DNA from: Lama glama
Lineage: Eukaryota
Assembly: GCA_028534125.1 (NCBI GenBank)
Contig: CM052816.1
Span: forward strand, 98,396,001-98,460,000
Reading direction: 5' to 3'
Length of the DNA stretch: 64,000 nt
Part shown: one piece after another, positions 48,005-61,737 of the stretch
Position numbering within the stretch: position 1 is the first letter of the stretch
Layout: every line of letters begins with the position of its first letter
Notes under the pieces: generated by a model
Databases searched by the model: none
What the model was told of the DNA's origin: nothing
The model's input: only the letters and a program-made list of their open reading frames with translations
Position numbers and translations under genes: made by a program

Positions 48005-51000
48005 TCTTTCTTTTTTTCCAACTTGATTGAAATGTAATTGACATGTAACATTGTGTAAGTCTAACGTGTATAATGTGACGATTTGATGCAGGTATATATT
48101 GTGAATTTATTATCACAATAAGCTCAGTTAATACATCTTATACAATACAAGTTTAATTATATTACCCAATATAAACATTTTTGGGGGGAAGTGGTGATAA
48201 GAACATTTAAGATCTACTCTCCTAGCAACTTTCAGGTATACAAAATTGTTAGCTATAGTCACCACGCTATATATTAGATGCCTGGGACTTACTCATCTTA
48301 TACTTGGAAGCTTGTACCCTTTGACCAACATCTTCCCATCCCCCCAGCCCCCAGCCCCTTGCAATCATCCAACTACTCTTGTTTCTATGAGTTCACCTTT
48401 TTCAGATTCCACATGTAAGTGATATCACATAGTATCTGTCTTTCTCTGTCTGACTTACTTCACTTAGCTTAAAGCCTTCAAGGTCCATTCATGTTATCAC
48501 AGATGATGGAATTGTCTTTTTTATGGCTGAATAATATTTCATTGTATTAATATTATACATTTTCTTTATTCATTCATCTGTCAATGGACATTTAGGTTGT
48601 TTCCATGCCATATCATTTAGATATATATACCTAGAAGTAGGGTTGCTGAATCATATGGAAGTTCTATTTTTAACTTTTTGAGGACCCTCCATACTGTTTT
48701 CCACAGTGGCTGCAACAATTTACATGTCTATCAGCAGTGCCCAAGGGTTCCCTTCCTTCTGTACCCTAACAAGCACTTGTTATCTCTTGTCATACTGGTC
48801 TTCCTAACAGGTGAGGAGTGATATCTTGTTGTGGTTTTGATTTGCATTTCCCTGATGATTAATAGTGTTAAGCGTCTTTGATATATCTGCTGTCCAGTTG
48901 TACGTCCTCTTTGGAAATTTTTCTATTCATGTCCTTTGTCCATTTTTGATTGGATTATTTGCCTTTTTGCTTTTGAGTTGTATGAGTATAATGTATTTTG
49001 GATATTAACCTCTTATCAGACATATGGCTTGCAAATATTTCCTCACGTTTCATAGGTTGCCTTTTCATTTTACTGATTGTTTCTCTAGCCATATAGAAGA
49101 TTTTTTAGTTTGACATAGTCCCACTTGTTTACTTTTTTCTTTTGTTGCTCATACTTTTGGAATTATATCCAAAAAATCATTGTCAAAACCAATGTCCAGG
49201 AGATTTTTCCATGTGTTTTTATCTAGGAATTTTAAGATTTGGGGCCTTATCTTTGTCTTTAATCTAGTTCAAGTAAAATTTTGTGAAGGATATGAGATAG
49301 TGGTTCAGTTTCATTGTTTTACATGTGAATATATGGTTTTCTCAATATCATATATTGAAGAGGCTATCATTTCGCTGCTGAGTATTCTTGGCTTCCTTGT
49401 CAAATATTAGTTGACCATATATGTGTAGGTTTATTTCTGAGGAACTCAGTTCTGCTCCATTGGTCTATGTCTGTTTTTATGCCAGTACTAATCTGTTTTG
49501 ATTCCTACAGCTTTGTAGTATAGTTTTAAATCAGAGAGTACACCATCCCAAGCTTTGTTCTTCTTTCTCAAGATTGCTTTCCTATTCAATCTTTTGTTGT
49601 TCTATACAAATTTTGGTGCTGTTTGTTCCATTTCCTGAGAATAATGCCGTTAGAATTTCGACAAGGATTGCATTGAATTCATAGATGGCTTTGGGTAATG
49701 TAGACATTTTTATAACATTAATTCTTCCAATCCATGAACATGGGCTATCTTCACATTTATTTGTGTCTTTTCCCATTTCTTTCATCAATTTCTTATAGTT
49801 TTCAATGTACAGATCTTTCACCTCTTTGGTAAAATTTATTCCTATATATTTTATTGCTTTTGATACTATTGTAAATGAGATTTTTTCTCTGTATTTCTTT
49901 TTCAGAGAGTTTACTGTTAGTGTATAGAAACATGACCAATTTTGTATGTTGATTTTGTGTCCTAAACCTTTACTGAATTTATTAGTTTTGTTTTTTGATG
50001 GGTCCTTTAGCATTTTCCATATATAAGATAATGTGATTTATAAACAGAGAAAATTTCACTTCTTATTTTCTGATTTAGATGGCTCTTACTTATTTTTCTT
50101 GACTAATTATTCTGTATAGGACTTCCAGGACTATGTTGCATAAGTGTGATGAGAGTGGGCATCCATGTCTTGATCTTGACCATAGAGAAAAATCTTTCAG
50201 ACTTTCATATTTAAGTATGAATTATCTGTAGGCTTGTCATATGAAGTCTTTATTATGTTGAGTTATATTCCTTCTGTATCCAATATGTTGAGATTTTATT
50301 ATGAACAAATGTTGGATTTTGTCAAATACTTTTTCTGCATCTATCCACTAGATAGATGATCATATGATTTTTGTCTTTTATTCTGTTAATGGGGTGAATC
50401 ACATTTGTTGATTGGAATATGTTGAACCATCTTTGCATACCGAGGGGGATTCCCAATTGATCATAGTGTGTGATTCATATTATAACACGCTGTTGAATTT
50501 TTCCTGCTACTATCTACATTTATCAGGGATATTGGCCTATAGTTTTATTTTCTCGTAGTATCGTTAACTGGATTTAGCTTCAGGAAAATCTCCATTTCTT
50601 TGGGGTCTATTACTGGAAACTTATTGTATTCATTGGTAATGTCAATTTTCCTTGATTTTTTCATGTTCCTTTAAGTCTTGTGTTGTTGTCTTCACATTTG
50701 AAAAAATAATCACCTTCCCCATTCTTTACTGATGGGCTCCAGAAAGAAACACCTTCTGTTAGCCCTGCTAGGGACTCTGAGGCTTTCTTAGAGCCTCTCT
50801 ATGGAAACACCTCCTCTGCACTTTTTGTTTTCACTTGGGGGAGGTTCTTAAGATTGGACACCTTCTCTCTATCCTGAAAAGCCAGGCTGCTTGGTGCTGA
50901 CAGCCTCCTATCTGCTTTCTTTAGGGCAGTGTCGAATGTTCAAGTTTGTGTGCTTTCTACAAATTCTACAGATTCAGGCTGGTTTCTGTAGGTGCCTATG

Positions 51001-51632
51001 AACCACCTGCAAAGGCTCGCTCTCACCATCATCAGGAGCACACACAGGGAGCCAGCCGTGGGATAAGGGTATGCGTGGGTGAGGCACACAGAGCCTGGGA
51101 GTGTCTACAGGCCAGCTGGGGGAATGTGCAGTTGAACCATCCCCAGAGGCTCATGTGTGGGCCTTCTGATGAAGCCTGCAGAGTGGTTAGTAGAGTCTGC
51201 ATCCTTCTGATGCCATCCCAGAGCCCAGGCTGCTGTTCCCACAGCCGCCCCCATGGACAAGCTGTGTAGCATAGCTCAGTATTCTGGAGGGGATGGGAAA
51301 GAAGTGGGCAGTGTCCCACTCGGATGGGGAAGCCAGGCACTTCCTCACATACCCACTTTTCACATGGGAGACATTGTGGGCCCAGGAAGCCTCTCTTGAC
51401 CCCGGGCTGCTGCCTTGAAGGAAGAGTGACGTGGATGGAGTGAAACTGTTCCTCTTACTCCCTTCAATGTGTTCAGTCTTGGATTTTTCTTTCTTTCTTT
51501 TTTTTTTTTTTTGCTCCAACTGTGTGCTGGAACTTCTCTGCTGGACTTCCGCAAAAGCACTCTTATCCATGGGTGACTGTCAAAACTGGTGTTATTTGTA
51601 AAGAAGACAGTACAAAAATTCTATTCCACTTT
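48005..51632 (-). mobile_element. LINE-1 (L1MA9-like), 3.6 kb: 3'UTR plus ORF2 C-half joined to a 5' region
   Basis: 3'UTR 'agaacatttaagatctactctc..agcaactttca'. ORF 49582..50013 gives IKYIGINFTKEVKDLY...PCSWIGRINVIKMSTLPKAIY (ORF2). Sequence switches to L1 5'-type at ~50585. Confidence 0.9.
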
Positions 51633-52267
51633 AGAGAAGTTTAATATATTCTTCATAATGACTGAGAATAACAGATCCAAGCCAATTTCATGATTCAACC
51701 AATTCAACAGAAACAGAAAGAGCGATAGCAAAGGAAGTCACAGGTGCTCGACATAAAAGATTTAAATTGCAATAATCGGTCAAGTAGGGCGTGGTTTTTA
51801 CAAACACAACCTGCCTTTAATTGTTAGGAGAGTGGAGAGATCCAAAAGTTAGGAAAAGGGGCAAATATAAGATCAGGAAAGAACCGGCGTGTAACGTTGA
51901 ATACTGAAGATGGGGTAGGGTGTTAACGCATGTTCTGAATTCCAATAAAGTAAAATCATATGTTTGTCTTGGAAAATACTAGGTTGATACCATCTGAAGA
52001 AGAACATTGAATAGCCAAAGTCTGGGGCCCCGAGGAGTCAGACTGCACTTTCAGAGAGCAGCTCCACTCCTGGGTACCTGAGCCTACGGTCCGAGCATGA
52101 CATGCACTGGTGCTTGGCCTCAAAGTCTGCCCACAGGGCCCATGGTGCATGAATGCATTTTTATTTTATTTTAGGTAGGGGCACATTGTCATCTTTAGGA
52201 ATTGTTTGCATAAGACTCATTCCCCATGTTATCTTAGTCAATGATCATTTACTTTAAAGCAGTTCTT

Positions 52268-53009
52268 TTNNNNNNNNNNNNNNNNNNNNNNNNNNNNNNN
52301 NNNNNNNNNNNNNNNNNNNNNNNNNNNNNNNNNNNNNNNNNNNNNNNNNNNNNNNNNNNNNNNNNNNNNNNNNNNNNNNNNNNNNNNNNNNNNNNNNNNN
52401 NNNNNNNNNNNNNNNNNNNNNNNNNNNNNNNNNNNNNNNNNNNNNNNNNNNNNNNNNNNNNNNNNNNNNNNNNNNNNNNNNNNNNNNNNNNNNNNNNNNN
52501 NNNNNNNNNNNNNNNNNNNNNNNNNNNNNNNNNNNNNNNNNNNNNNNNNNNNNNNNNNNNNNNNNNNNNNNNNNNNNNNNNNNNNNNNNNNNNNNNNNNN
52601 NNNNNNNNNNNNNNNNNNNNNNNNNNNNNNNNNNNNNNNNNNNNNNNNNNNNNNNNNNNNNNNNNNNNNNNNNNNNNNNNNNNNNNNNNNNNNNNNNNNN
52701 NNNNNNNNNNNNNNNNNNNNNNNNNNNNNNNNNNNNNNNNNNNNNNNNNNNNNNNNNNNNNNNNNNNNNCATTATCTGACATACATTTCAAAAATTTTCT
52801 CCTAGAAGAAATAAAAGCAAGAATAAACAAATGGGACCTAATGAAACTTACAAGCTTCTGCAGAGCAAAGGAAACCAGAAATAAAACAAGAAGAAAACCT
52901 ACGGAATGGGAGAAAATTTTTGCAAGTGAAACCGACAAAGGCTTGATCTCCAAAATATATAAGCAGCTTATACAACTCAATAAGAAAAAAATAAACAACC
53001 CAATCCAAA
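52268..53009. mobile_element. Young LINE-1 insertion spanning the gap; visible part is ORF2 on + (52770-53009)
   Basis: Uninterrupted frame ...[23 protein letters not shown]...[35 protein letters not shown]. Perfect 12-bp TSD aaagcagttctt at 52256-52267 and 53010-53021. Confidence 0.92.
52270..52769. other. Assembly gap (500 N)
   Basis: Run of N. Confidence 1.
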
Positions 53010-54379
53010 AAAGCAGTTCTTATCTCAAATAATGCTACATGTTCTCCCTAAAAAGCTAGGGTAAACTGGCAACTTACGTGGATTTTGATCCATGGATTTT
53101 GCCACACTAGATGCCACAGACGGAACAGGCTTTCCTACAATTAAGAAATAGTTCAAATCCTGTGTTTACTGAAGTTCTAAAAACAGGAGGAAGGCAGCCC
53201 AGCACAAAGCTTGAGGTGAGCCGAGAGCTAGCGCTTCTGTTCTTATTTCACCGCTAAACCTTGGGCGAAGGAGGACAACCACACGAGGGAAAGCCAGGGG
53301 TCACGTGAAACCCCAGCCTGTGAGTATTTGAATAACAGAGACAAGCATTACAACAGCAGGGGGATGTCTCAGCAGGGAAATTCTCTATTTATAAACTAAG
53401 TAGAAAATGCATATATTTCATGCTCATTTTAACGTCTCAGGTGAATGCTTGTTTCCATGAATATCTCAGAGCCTTTTCAGTTTTCCTACATTCACTTACC
53501 CATTCTGCAATGTAAGCTATCTTTTTTATGGTGACAGCGAGCTTTCACAAGAGGGAACAGGCATGTTACTCTTGGAGTGACCTTTGGCTTAATTTACAGG
53601 GGATAGAAGTCCAGGTGGGAAGCAGAGGCCCCTCTTCAATTTCAAGGCAATTCCAATTCCAATGAGGCTGACCACGAATTAGGCACATTCACCCTGTCTG
53701 TTTACTGCAAACCAAGCTCCAAGTCTCTGAGACAGATAAACCTGGTTCTCACTAACACGTTAGCAGGGAAAACTGCTGGATCAACTGTCTGATTATTATT
53801 GAAGGCCTACACTTGGCAGGACGCTGCAACACTGTCCCTGTTGGGTTTGTTTTCTAAAACTGGCCACCTGGCAGATGCCAGTGTGGGCTGCCTGTGTCTG
53901 GTATCAGGCCAGAGATTTCTGGGAGGTTAGCTGGAGCCCCCTCATTTCAAGCACATCACGCAGGCACCAGAAAAAGGAGGTGTCTGGTCAGAAGACACTT
54001 CAAGTCCGCAGGCACCTTCCCCACCGCACTCTGTCCAGTTCTGCAGCTCCACATAAAAAAGACAGTGAACTGCAAGATGTATTAAAGAGCATACCTTCAC
54101 TCAAAGCAAGATGAGCATCTTTGAGGAGTAGCTTCAGGACCAATATGAGGTGTTGAGCAGGAGCTAAAATGCAGACCTCAGAGTCAGATGGGGCCGTTCC
54201 TGAGGGCCAGGGGGTCAGAGGCCTCCGTGAGCAGGGACAGAGTGAGACTCACTTACCTGGTATAAACCTGCAGTGCTGGGGGGGGGTGGGGGAGCCGATA
54301 CGACAGTTCTCAACTTGACACCTGGTGGGTATGGAAGCTATAGTGATACCTGTGTGCAAACTAGGAGAGGAAACTAAAC

Positions 54380-54572
54380 GCACCACACAAATACTCACAC
54401 ACACACTACACACAATGCACACACGCTATACAGCACACACCACACACACCACACACACACCACATACAGCACACACCACACACACACCATACGTACCACA
54501 TACAACACCATGCACACACAGACACACACTACACACAACATAACACACACAACACACCCACACCGTACACAG
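54380..54572. repeat. Degenerate CA-rich simple repeat
   Basis: Read directly. Confidence 0.9.
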
Positions 54573-54679
54573 AACATTTCTTGAGATGCTCTTAGGAACC
54601 GAAGTCTCCACGCACTTGAAGAAGAACAATTCTATGGGCGTTTGAACTTCACAAACTTGACCGAAGGAAGCAGTCATTC

Positions 54680-55330
54680 CAAAAAAAATGCAAGTAGCAG
54701 AACAGTCTTCCAAAAGGAGGACTGGCATCCAAAGAAGCCGTAATCAGAAAGATAAAACAAAAAGTCAGATACAAGACAAGCAGACAGAGATTGTTTAAAG
54801 GACAATTAGAAAGCATAAACAATATAATATCAACAAGATAACCACTGGATAATAGAAGGTCCTTGGAGAATTAGAAGTACCAAAATACTGGACTTAAATA
54901 CTGAGACAGGAAATACAGAAATGATCCTAAAAGAGATTAAAGATAAACGGAGGCACTCCAACATTCACCTGGGCTGAGGGTTGGAAGGAAGGGAGCAGGA
55001 AAGGTCTGCAGACAGGACGGTTCAGAAGCGCCCTCAGGAGGACGACAGCTCCCACGTGCGCTCTGAGTGCGTGCCAGGGTCAGATCCAACAGGGGACATT
55101 TGAAACATCTGTATCTAGGTGTGATATAACGTAGCCCAAAGAGTATCGAAGGTGGAAAGAACCTTATGCCTGCTTTAGAAAGAAGGAAAAAATTAACCTT
55201 CAAAGACTGATAAGCTTTTAAATAAATGTTAAAATTAAGCACCACCCAGAAAAAGCAATGAAAGGATTAAGTACACCAATTAAAGGATTTACATCATGCA
55301 GCCAGCATGACTGCTAGTGATAAATAAAAA
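54680..55330 (+). mobile_element. Possible decayed HAL1/L1 ORF1-like relic
   Basis: Strongly A-rich plus strand with 'ccaacattcacctggg' and 'agaaggaaaaaattaaccttcaaag'. Weak similarity only. Confidence 0.35.
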
Positions 55331-55449
55331 CACCACTTTCAAAAATGCAATTCCAAGCACAGTGCCAACGATCCTAAACCACATACTTGTATCATGACTA
55401 TGTCTGAGTGCTGTTCACCCAGTGGCTCTGTGTGCACTTCAAATCTGCG

Positions 55450-55770
55450 TGAACAACCCTCAGATTTACCCTTCCAGTCTTGCTCCCCCTGCCACCAAAC
55501 ACCTGTGACCACAGAGCGTCTCTCTCCCCCTCCTCCAGCTTAAGTCCCGCTCAAGAAACTCTTCCATCAGAAAGAACACGGTGTTAGTTGCTTTGCTTTC
55601 TTATTTCTGGGGTGCCATTTGCAACCACCATACAGTATTTGCACACTGTTTGTTATTTCTTTACTTGGCACAACAGTGTGTGTCTTCAGGGCAGGAAGGA
55701 GACATAATTTGTGTCTGCATCATATTTTGCAAGCAAACCCCTATTAATTCATTAAATGTTAAATAATTAT
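55450..55770 (+). mobile_element. LINE-2 3' relic
   Basis: 'gtgtcttcagggcagga...tttgtgtctgcatc...attcattaaatgttaaataa' resembles the L2 3' terminus. Confidence 0.45.
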
Positions 55771-56276
55771 GTACCTGGCTTTAAAATTATTTTATAATTT
55801 GCACAAACCTTCAGTGGACTTTTATTTATGCATTTAAATATGTTTTAGGGATACTTAGGGAAATTGGTGGGCAGACACTTTTGTTGGCCTAGGAACCATG
55901 AAACACATTATATTTTTTCCAATGTAGAATGAAACAGTGTCCTGCTTTCTGAATATTCAGGAGTGGATTAGGTTTGGGTAATGAGAGGCACCTGTGTCTA
56001 TAATGAAGTCATTCTTGCTGTCACAATAGATTTATTTTCACTTTCTGATTTGAGACTTTGTTGTGCAGCAGTGAAAGCAGCTTGTCTGCAGCCATCTCTG
56101 CAATGGACCCAGCATTGTAAGGGGGCCTCAGGATCCCTTTGTGTGACCCCCTCGTGCCCACGTCTTGTCCGTCACTGCAAGCCCGACCTTTCCTGGTTCC
56201 TGGTCTGGGTGTCATTCTTCTCCACGACTAGAACCCATCCATCCACCCCTACTCTAGTTTCCAAGATCAGTCGTGA

Positions 56277-57310
56277 TGTGAGTGTGAGAATCTGCTCACC
56301 AAGATTCAGGAAACAGCTCACTGCAAAGACCCTCTCTTCCCCGGATGACTTAGGTAAGACTCTGGGGTGGCCCCATTTTTCATTCATGAGAAGTCCCAGC
56401 ACCGACTTCCCAGTCTCCATTCCTTGCCTCCGCAATGTTTAGCTGAATTCATTGTGCTCACTGACCAATCTGGACAAGATACCTGAGTCGTCCAAACATC
56501 TCTCCTTTCCCTAGGCCTCTGAACTTTGACCCACCCTAGCTGAGCCAGCAGACAGCCCTTCCCAAGAATCAGCAACCTACAAGGAAAGACCTGATTAACT
56601 GCCCCGTGAGGGCACTCACCCCGACACCCAGGTCCTTGTTGTCCTGTCCACTCCTCTCTACACAAGCGAATGCCTTGCTGTTCACTCTTTGAGAAACTTG
56701 GGGGTCCTGGGGTCAGAACGCTCTCCCTACAGCAGTACACCCCTCCCTTACTGCAGTAATCCCTATGAACAAGGCTCTCCTTGCTGTTAACCAAGAATTC
56801 CAAGAGAGGAGATCTGGTTGAAGCCAAAAAAAAAAGAAAAAGAAAAAGCTTTTATTTGAGGTTGGTTTGGACTGCAGCCTGAAATGCACTGAAATGTGTT
56901 CCTTAGGCCTACAGAATGGGGGAAGCTCATAAAGGCAAAAAAATAAAAAAACACATACATTGTTTGTCAGAAATTAGAACTGGAGCTCGCGAGAAGGGTG
57001 CTTATTAAGCAAGGATTGGCTGGTATCTCAAACGGCTACATAATTGTGAAGCAAAGGGGGCGTTGAAGCTACAAGGTTGTATCTGGCAGCTGCTAGCAGA
57101 TATCGATTTGAAAATGGCTGGTGGTGACCTTGAGTTTGATACCGTTCAGAAAATTCAAGTTGTCAGTGGTGCAGGAACGTGTCTGAGACCACCTGCACAG
57201 TGGCCCCGGGCTCCACGTTGGATGCCTGAACCACAGGTGCCCTACTTTGATTTTTCAAATGATCTTAAATACGTCACTATTGCCTCAGCCCAGATTGTTT
57301 TTATCTAACA
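56277..57310 (+). mobile_element. ERV1-class solo LTR (host), split by a second LTR
   Basis: LTR-like body 'ggatgacttaggtaagactc...ctgaccaatc...gcagtaatccctatgaacaaggctctccttgc' resumes at 57280 'ttgcctcagcccagattgtttttatctaaca', ending in CA. Confidence 0.65.
56785..57279 (-). mobile_element. ERV1-class LTR nested in opposite orientation
   Basis: Begins tgttaacc and carries a reverse polyA signal (tttatt) and reverse CCAAT (gattgg). Flanked by ttgc at 56781-56784 and 57280-57283. Confidence 0.6.
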
Positions 57311-59089
57311 CCATGCACCCATATCTTTATAACCTCGGCTTGGATCTGAGCTTTTTTCCTGAAATTCCCCTGGGACAAGAATTCTGTCCTTAAACCCTCA
57401 GCCCAGGGGACCAGAACTTCCTCTGCTGACAGAGACTGTCTCAACCTGTGAAAACTGCAAAATCACTGTTCTCTGACAGCCTCTGACTCAGAGCCCTGTG
57501 ATGCTTCAGAGTGGTTAACTCCTGTGGCCCCGGCGCACCGTTCATCCATGACATAAATATTCATTAAATCCTGTGCGGAGATTCACGTGGCCAGATGGGG
57601 CTTCCTCCCGTGCCTCGTACCTGTGGATGTTGCCTGCCTCAGCCCCATGAACAGGTCTCATCTCAAGTCCAGGCTCCCTAGAGACTTCCCAATCTCACTG
57701 CATCTCAAAACATGGGGGGAAAAACATTCATTGCGATACTTCTATTCAAAATAACGAGAAACTACTAAGTGTGGGAAATTCACAAAATCTGTGGATACCA
57801 AAACATTGTGCAGGATTTATAACACTGAAACAGATCATGAGCAGTGTAATTGCACTTCCTTAAAGAAATGGATTTTTAAAATGTAGTCCATTTATATGAC
57901 AAACCTTATAAAACATTTAAACAAGCAGTCTAGATTTTAATGAATCAATACAGTTAGGTCTCAAAAAAATATGCTGAGTTTAAACATTTTAGCTTAAATT
58001 GCTCTAAGGATTATAAATATTAAATTCCCAATAGATTGGTCTATCTCCCAGACACCAAACTATAAAGCAAGTAAGATATTTTGGCAACAACTTTTTCCTG
58101 AGATTAATATTTTGTGAATAACTTGAATTATACTGTGATTAGCTCTGTATTAAGATGTGCAATTCTTGTGACCATAGTAAACATCTCCTAAATAATTTCC
58201 TCATGCTTGGGAACCATGCACAAACTTTGCTGAAATAATTTAATTTGGAAATCTAAGGTCACCCCAGAAGTAATTTGTACTCATGAGAAACTGACTTTTT
58301 TCCTTCAAATTTTTTCCTGATGACTAAAACTAACATGAGCTTGTGTGGGTAGATAACACTTCACTTTACCTGCAAATATTTCAACCACAGCACCACAGAC
58401 ACAGAACAATGATGTAGAGGACCAGACAGTGGCCAAATACCGTCAAACGTCATCATCTCTCAGCTCTAAGAATCTCTATTCAGATCACGCTACTTAAGAA
58501 ATACAGCACCGTGTGCCGGGAAATGTCAGGTGAAGTGTCTGAGACTGCTTCCTGCCCTTCCTGCCCAGTGGACGCTGCCACCTCAGTGACAGGCCACCTT
58601 CTAGAGAGAAGGTGTGTGTGTGGCGGAGGCAGTGCAGGTGCAGCGCCAGACACCTGGCTGGTCCAAGCTATAACTGTCCCACTTTCAAGCTTTGTGACCA
58701 TGGCCAGGTCACCTAAAAACAGGTTCCTGCTGATCCTCCTTCATCTGCCAAACAGCCAAGGTGTCCTCTTTGTGCTGTCATTATCCTGCAGTTGGATAAC
58801 ACACGCCAAAGCATGCGGGAGGTGGACAGTGTGGCTGACGTCAAAGTCATCAGCATCACAACCAGAGGAAACGCCTGCACTGGCTGATTCCAGTCCCCAC
58901 ACTTGAGGTAACAGGTGCCACCAGATGGGTTTCATCTCAGTTCAGAGCTCATCATAAAACTATAGGATTGCCTTCCGCCACAGAAAATATGCATTATACT
59001 GTAAACCCAGAGTAAAGTGCCATTAAAGACTTGAAGTTTGGCAAACCGAAAAAAAAAAAGTATTAATGCTTATAACTGAGTGGTAGGGA

Positions 59090-59720
59090 GTGGAGCAGAC
59101 TTGAATCTGACCTGCAGCCTGAGAAAAACTGCTCCAGCAACTCACAGACTCATGAGCGAGAAACTAATGCTGCTATAGAAATTCACCAAGATCTGTGCAT
59201 CATCATCACAGCAAAATGTTACCAACACAGAACTTGGTATCAGAAGGGAGGTGTTGTCCTAACAAACAGAGAAATTACATGGCATTGGCTTCAGTTCTGG
59301 GTGTCAGTAAGCACTATGGAACTGTAAACTCTAGTGTAATTAAAAATTCAAATGACCTCAGTGTTTTTCATGGAAATAAAAAGACCTCATGAATAAAAAT
59401 GCTATGTTAATTATAACTAATATAGGAAGATACAGGCTAGAAAAATGGTTATCTATGTTAGGTGGTAGCAAAACATTTGGTCAAATTATCATCTTTGATA
59501 AAATAAAAGTAGTAAATAATCTGATGAACTGAACTTGTGGGACTAGGCAAAAAGGTTGTGAGGGCAAGTGCTATGTGAGTTCATTGTCCTGGTTCTATCT
59601 TACAAGGTTCTATGAGAAAGATTTAATCTCAGAAAAGAACTATCCAGTTTCAAGCAGAATTAGAGGGAATAAGTGAAATACAAAAATTTCAGACACTGAG
59701 GGTTTGGAAAAATAAAACAG
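59090..59720 (+). mobile_element. MaLR (MLT1H-like) LTR 3' end plus start of internal region
   Basis: 'ggagcagacttgaatctgacctgcagcctg...cacagactcatgagcgagaaa...aacaca' then 'gaacttggtatcagaag...tggcattggctt', the MLT1-int start. Confidence 0.75.
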
Positions 59721-60361
59721 TGCTGATGCCCATTTACACTCACGCAGGAAGCAGAGCAGACCCCCCACCACACCCACGGCATTTAGAAGCAGTATCACGA
59801 GAGAGATGACAGAGCATCCAAGGGTCTTGACATGTTCACAATGTAAGAAGAGAGAGTCTACTGAACACCCATTTCCCAAACTGCTAGAAACACTGCCTTC
59901 CCCCCTCCATAGGCTCAGGTTTCTGACTCCAAGAAGTGGTAACGAGGAGCTGCTTCACAGGAACTTCCTGTTCCCACCTTGACTCTGGTAGCCCAGTTGC
60001 CAGTAGGGGTGACATGTCCTTTGCTTTCAAATAGCCCAGCTGCTGCGAGATTACAGGTCTCTGCCTTCGTTCTTCGTCTACCCTGACAACGCTTCCAGGC
60101 AACCTTCTAGTGCTGGTCTTTTATGCAAACATGAATGTCTGTCCTTTCGCTTTTCCATGAAAGCTTGTGGACCCAAGAATTATGAAAGCATTCAAGGCGT
60201 GTGCCATGTGGTAGCTGGTATGAGGCAGTGATGGACATTCTGGTATTTGAAGGACTGAAGGAAGAATTTTGACATGAAGAAGATACTCTAGTTTATCAGT
60301 CCATTTTTACAAAACACATTACATTAAAAAATCAATGGAAACCCGCCCCACCCCCCAAAAA

Positions 60362-61730
60362 TCAAATGGAAACACCACACCTATCAAAATAGCTAAAATC
60401 CAAAAAGCTGACAATATTAACTGCTGGCAAGGATTTGGAACAACAAAAACTCTCATTCAGTTCTGCAGCAAATGAAGAAATCAACATGGTGCAGCCACTT
60501 TGGGAATGGTGGGTTTGTAAAGGGGTATGGCTGCTTTGCAAGGCAATTGCCAGTTTGTTATAAACTAAACATAGTATTACCATACAATCCGGCAGTCATG
60601 CACCTAAGCATTCACTCAGCTAACCTGAAAATTTTTGTCCACACAGAAACCTGCACATAAATATTTATAGTAGCTTGATACATAATTGCCAAAAACTAGA
60701 AGCAGCTAAGATCACCTTCCATAGGTAAATGGGTAAATAAATTGTGGTCCATCTAAGCAACAGAATGCTATTCAGCACTTAAAAGAAAAGAACTATCAAG
60801 CCATAAGAAGACATTGGTGAATCTGGTAAACAAATCGCTGCATGAAAGATGTCAGTCTGAAAAGGCTGTATGACTCCCATCACGCGACATTCCGTGAAAG
60901 TAAAACCATAGCGATGATAAAAAGATCTGTGGTTGCCAGAGATTCAAAAAGACAGCAGAATGAGTAGGTGAATTCCAGGGGAAATTTTTGGAGAGATTAA
61001 ATTATTCTATGTGATACTGTAATGGTGGGTACGTGACATTAAATGCCTGTCAAAACCCATTGAAATTTACAGCACACAGAGTGAACTTCAATATATGCAA
61101 ATTTTAAAAAGTCATGTAAGAGTTTTGGAGGATCTCAGGAAGGAAGGCAGGCTGTGACAAAAGAATATAGTGGTATCACGTATGTGTGAAGGGGATGGAG
61201 GGAAAGGTGCTGACAAGTAGCTGAGGAGGAGTGACTTTCTAAGACTAAAGGGAACAGTACTTTTATCTAGTCGATAAAGTTGTTGCTGATGAGGGGGTAG
61301 GTGTACAATGTTGCTGCCACTCTGTGTGCAAACTGGGCATGAACAATTGTGTAAGTGGGTGGTGGGGAGTGGGGGGGAAGCCATGCTTCTCACTGCTGGA
61401 GTGGAGTGGACAGGATAAGCGAGAGCAGGAGGCTAGAATGATCCATGTGGTGAAGGGTTAGGATTGGAGGCATCAATACAAACTCATATCTAGCTTAACT
61501 TAGATGTATGGCTACGTACAGAAGTATTTATAGACCTGTGCATACACATGGTAGTATACACACATGTTTCCTTGATCTGTCAGCTGAGAGGGCTTAGAAA
61601 CGTTAGACAGACACTCTGGTAACAAAGAGCATGCCACGCACCCTGATCTCAGTTTCTGATACCACTCTCCAACAAAAGGGAGAAAGACTCCTTAGAGAAA
61701 TGGCTGATTCTAAGACTAAGCAGAAAATAC
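60362..61730 (+). mobile_element. LINE-1 3' fragment (L1MD-like)
   Basis: 'cacacctatcaaaatagctaaaatccaaaa...ggctagaatgatccatgtggt...ctgtcagctgagagggc...ccttagagaaatggctgattcta'. Confidence 0.88.
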
Positions 61731-61737
61731 GCCAGAT

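Noticed and set aside
49582..50013. 143-aa ORF as a host gene
   Set aside because: Fragment of dead L1 ORF2.
54245..54262. Consensus minus-strand donor CAG|gtaagtgagt
   Set aside because: No convincing partner acceptor nearby; isolated consensus donors are common.
54325..54728. His/Thr- and Cys/Val-rich ORFs
   Set aside because: Translation of a CA-rich simple repeat.
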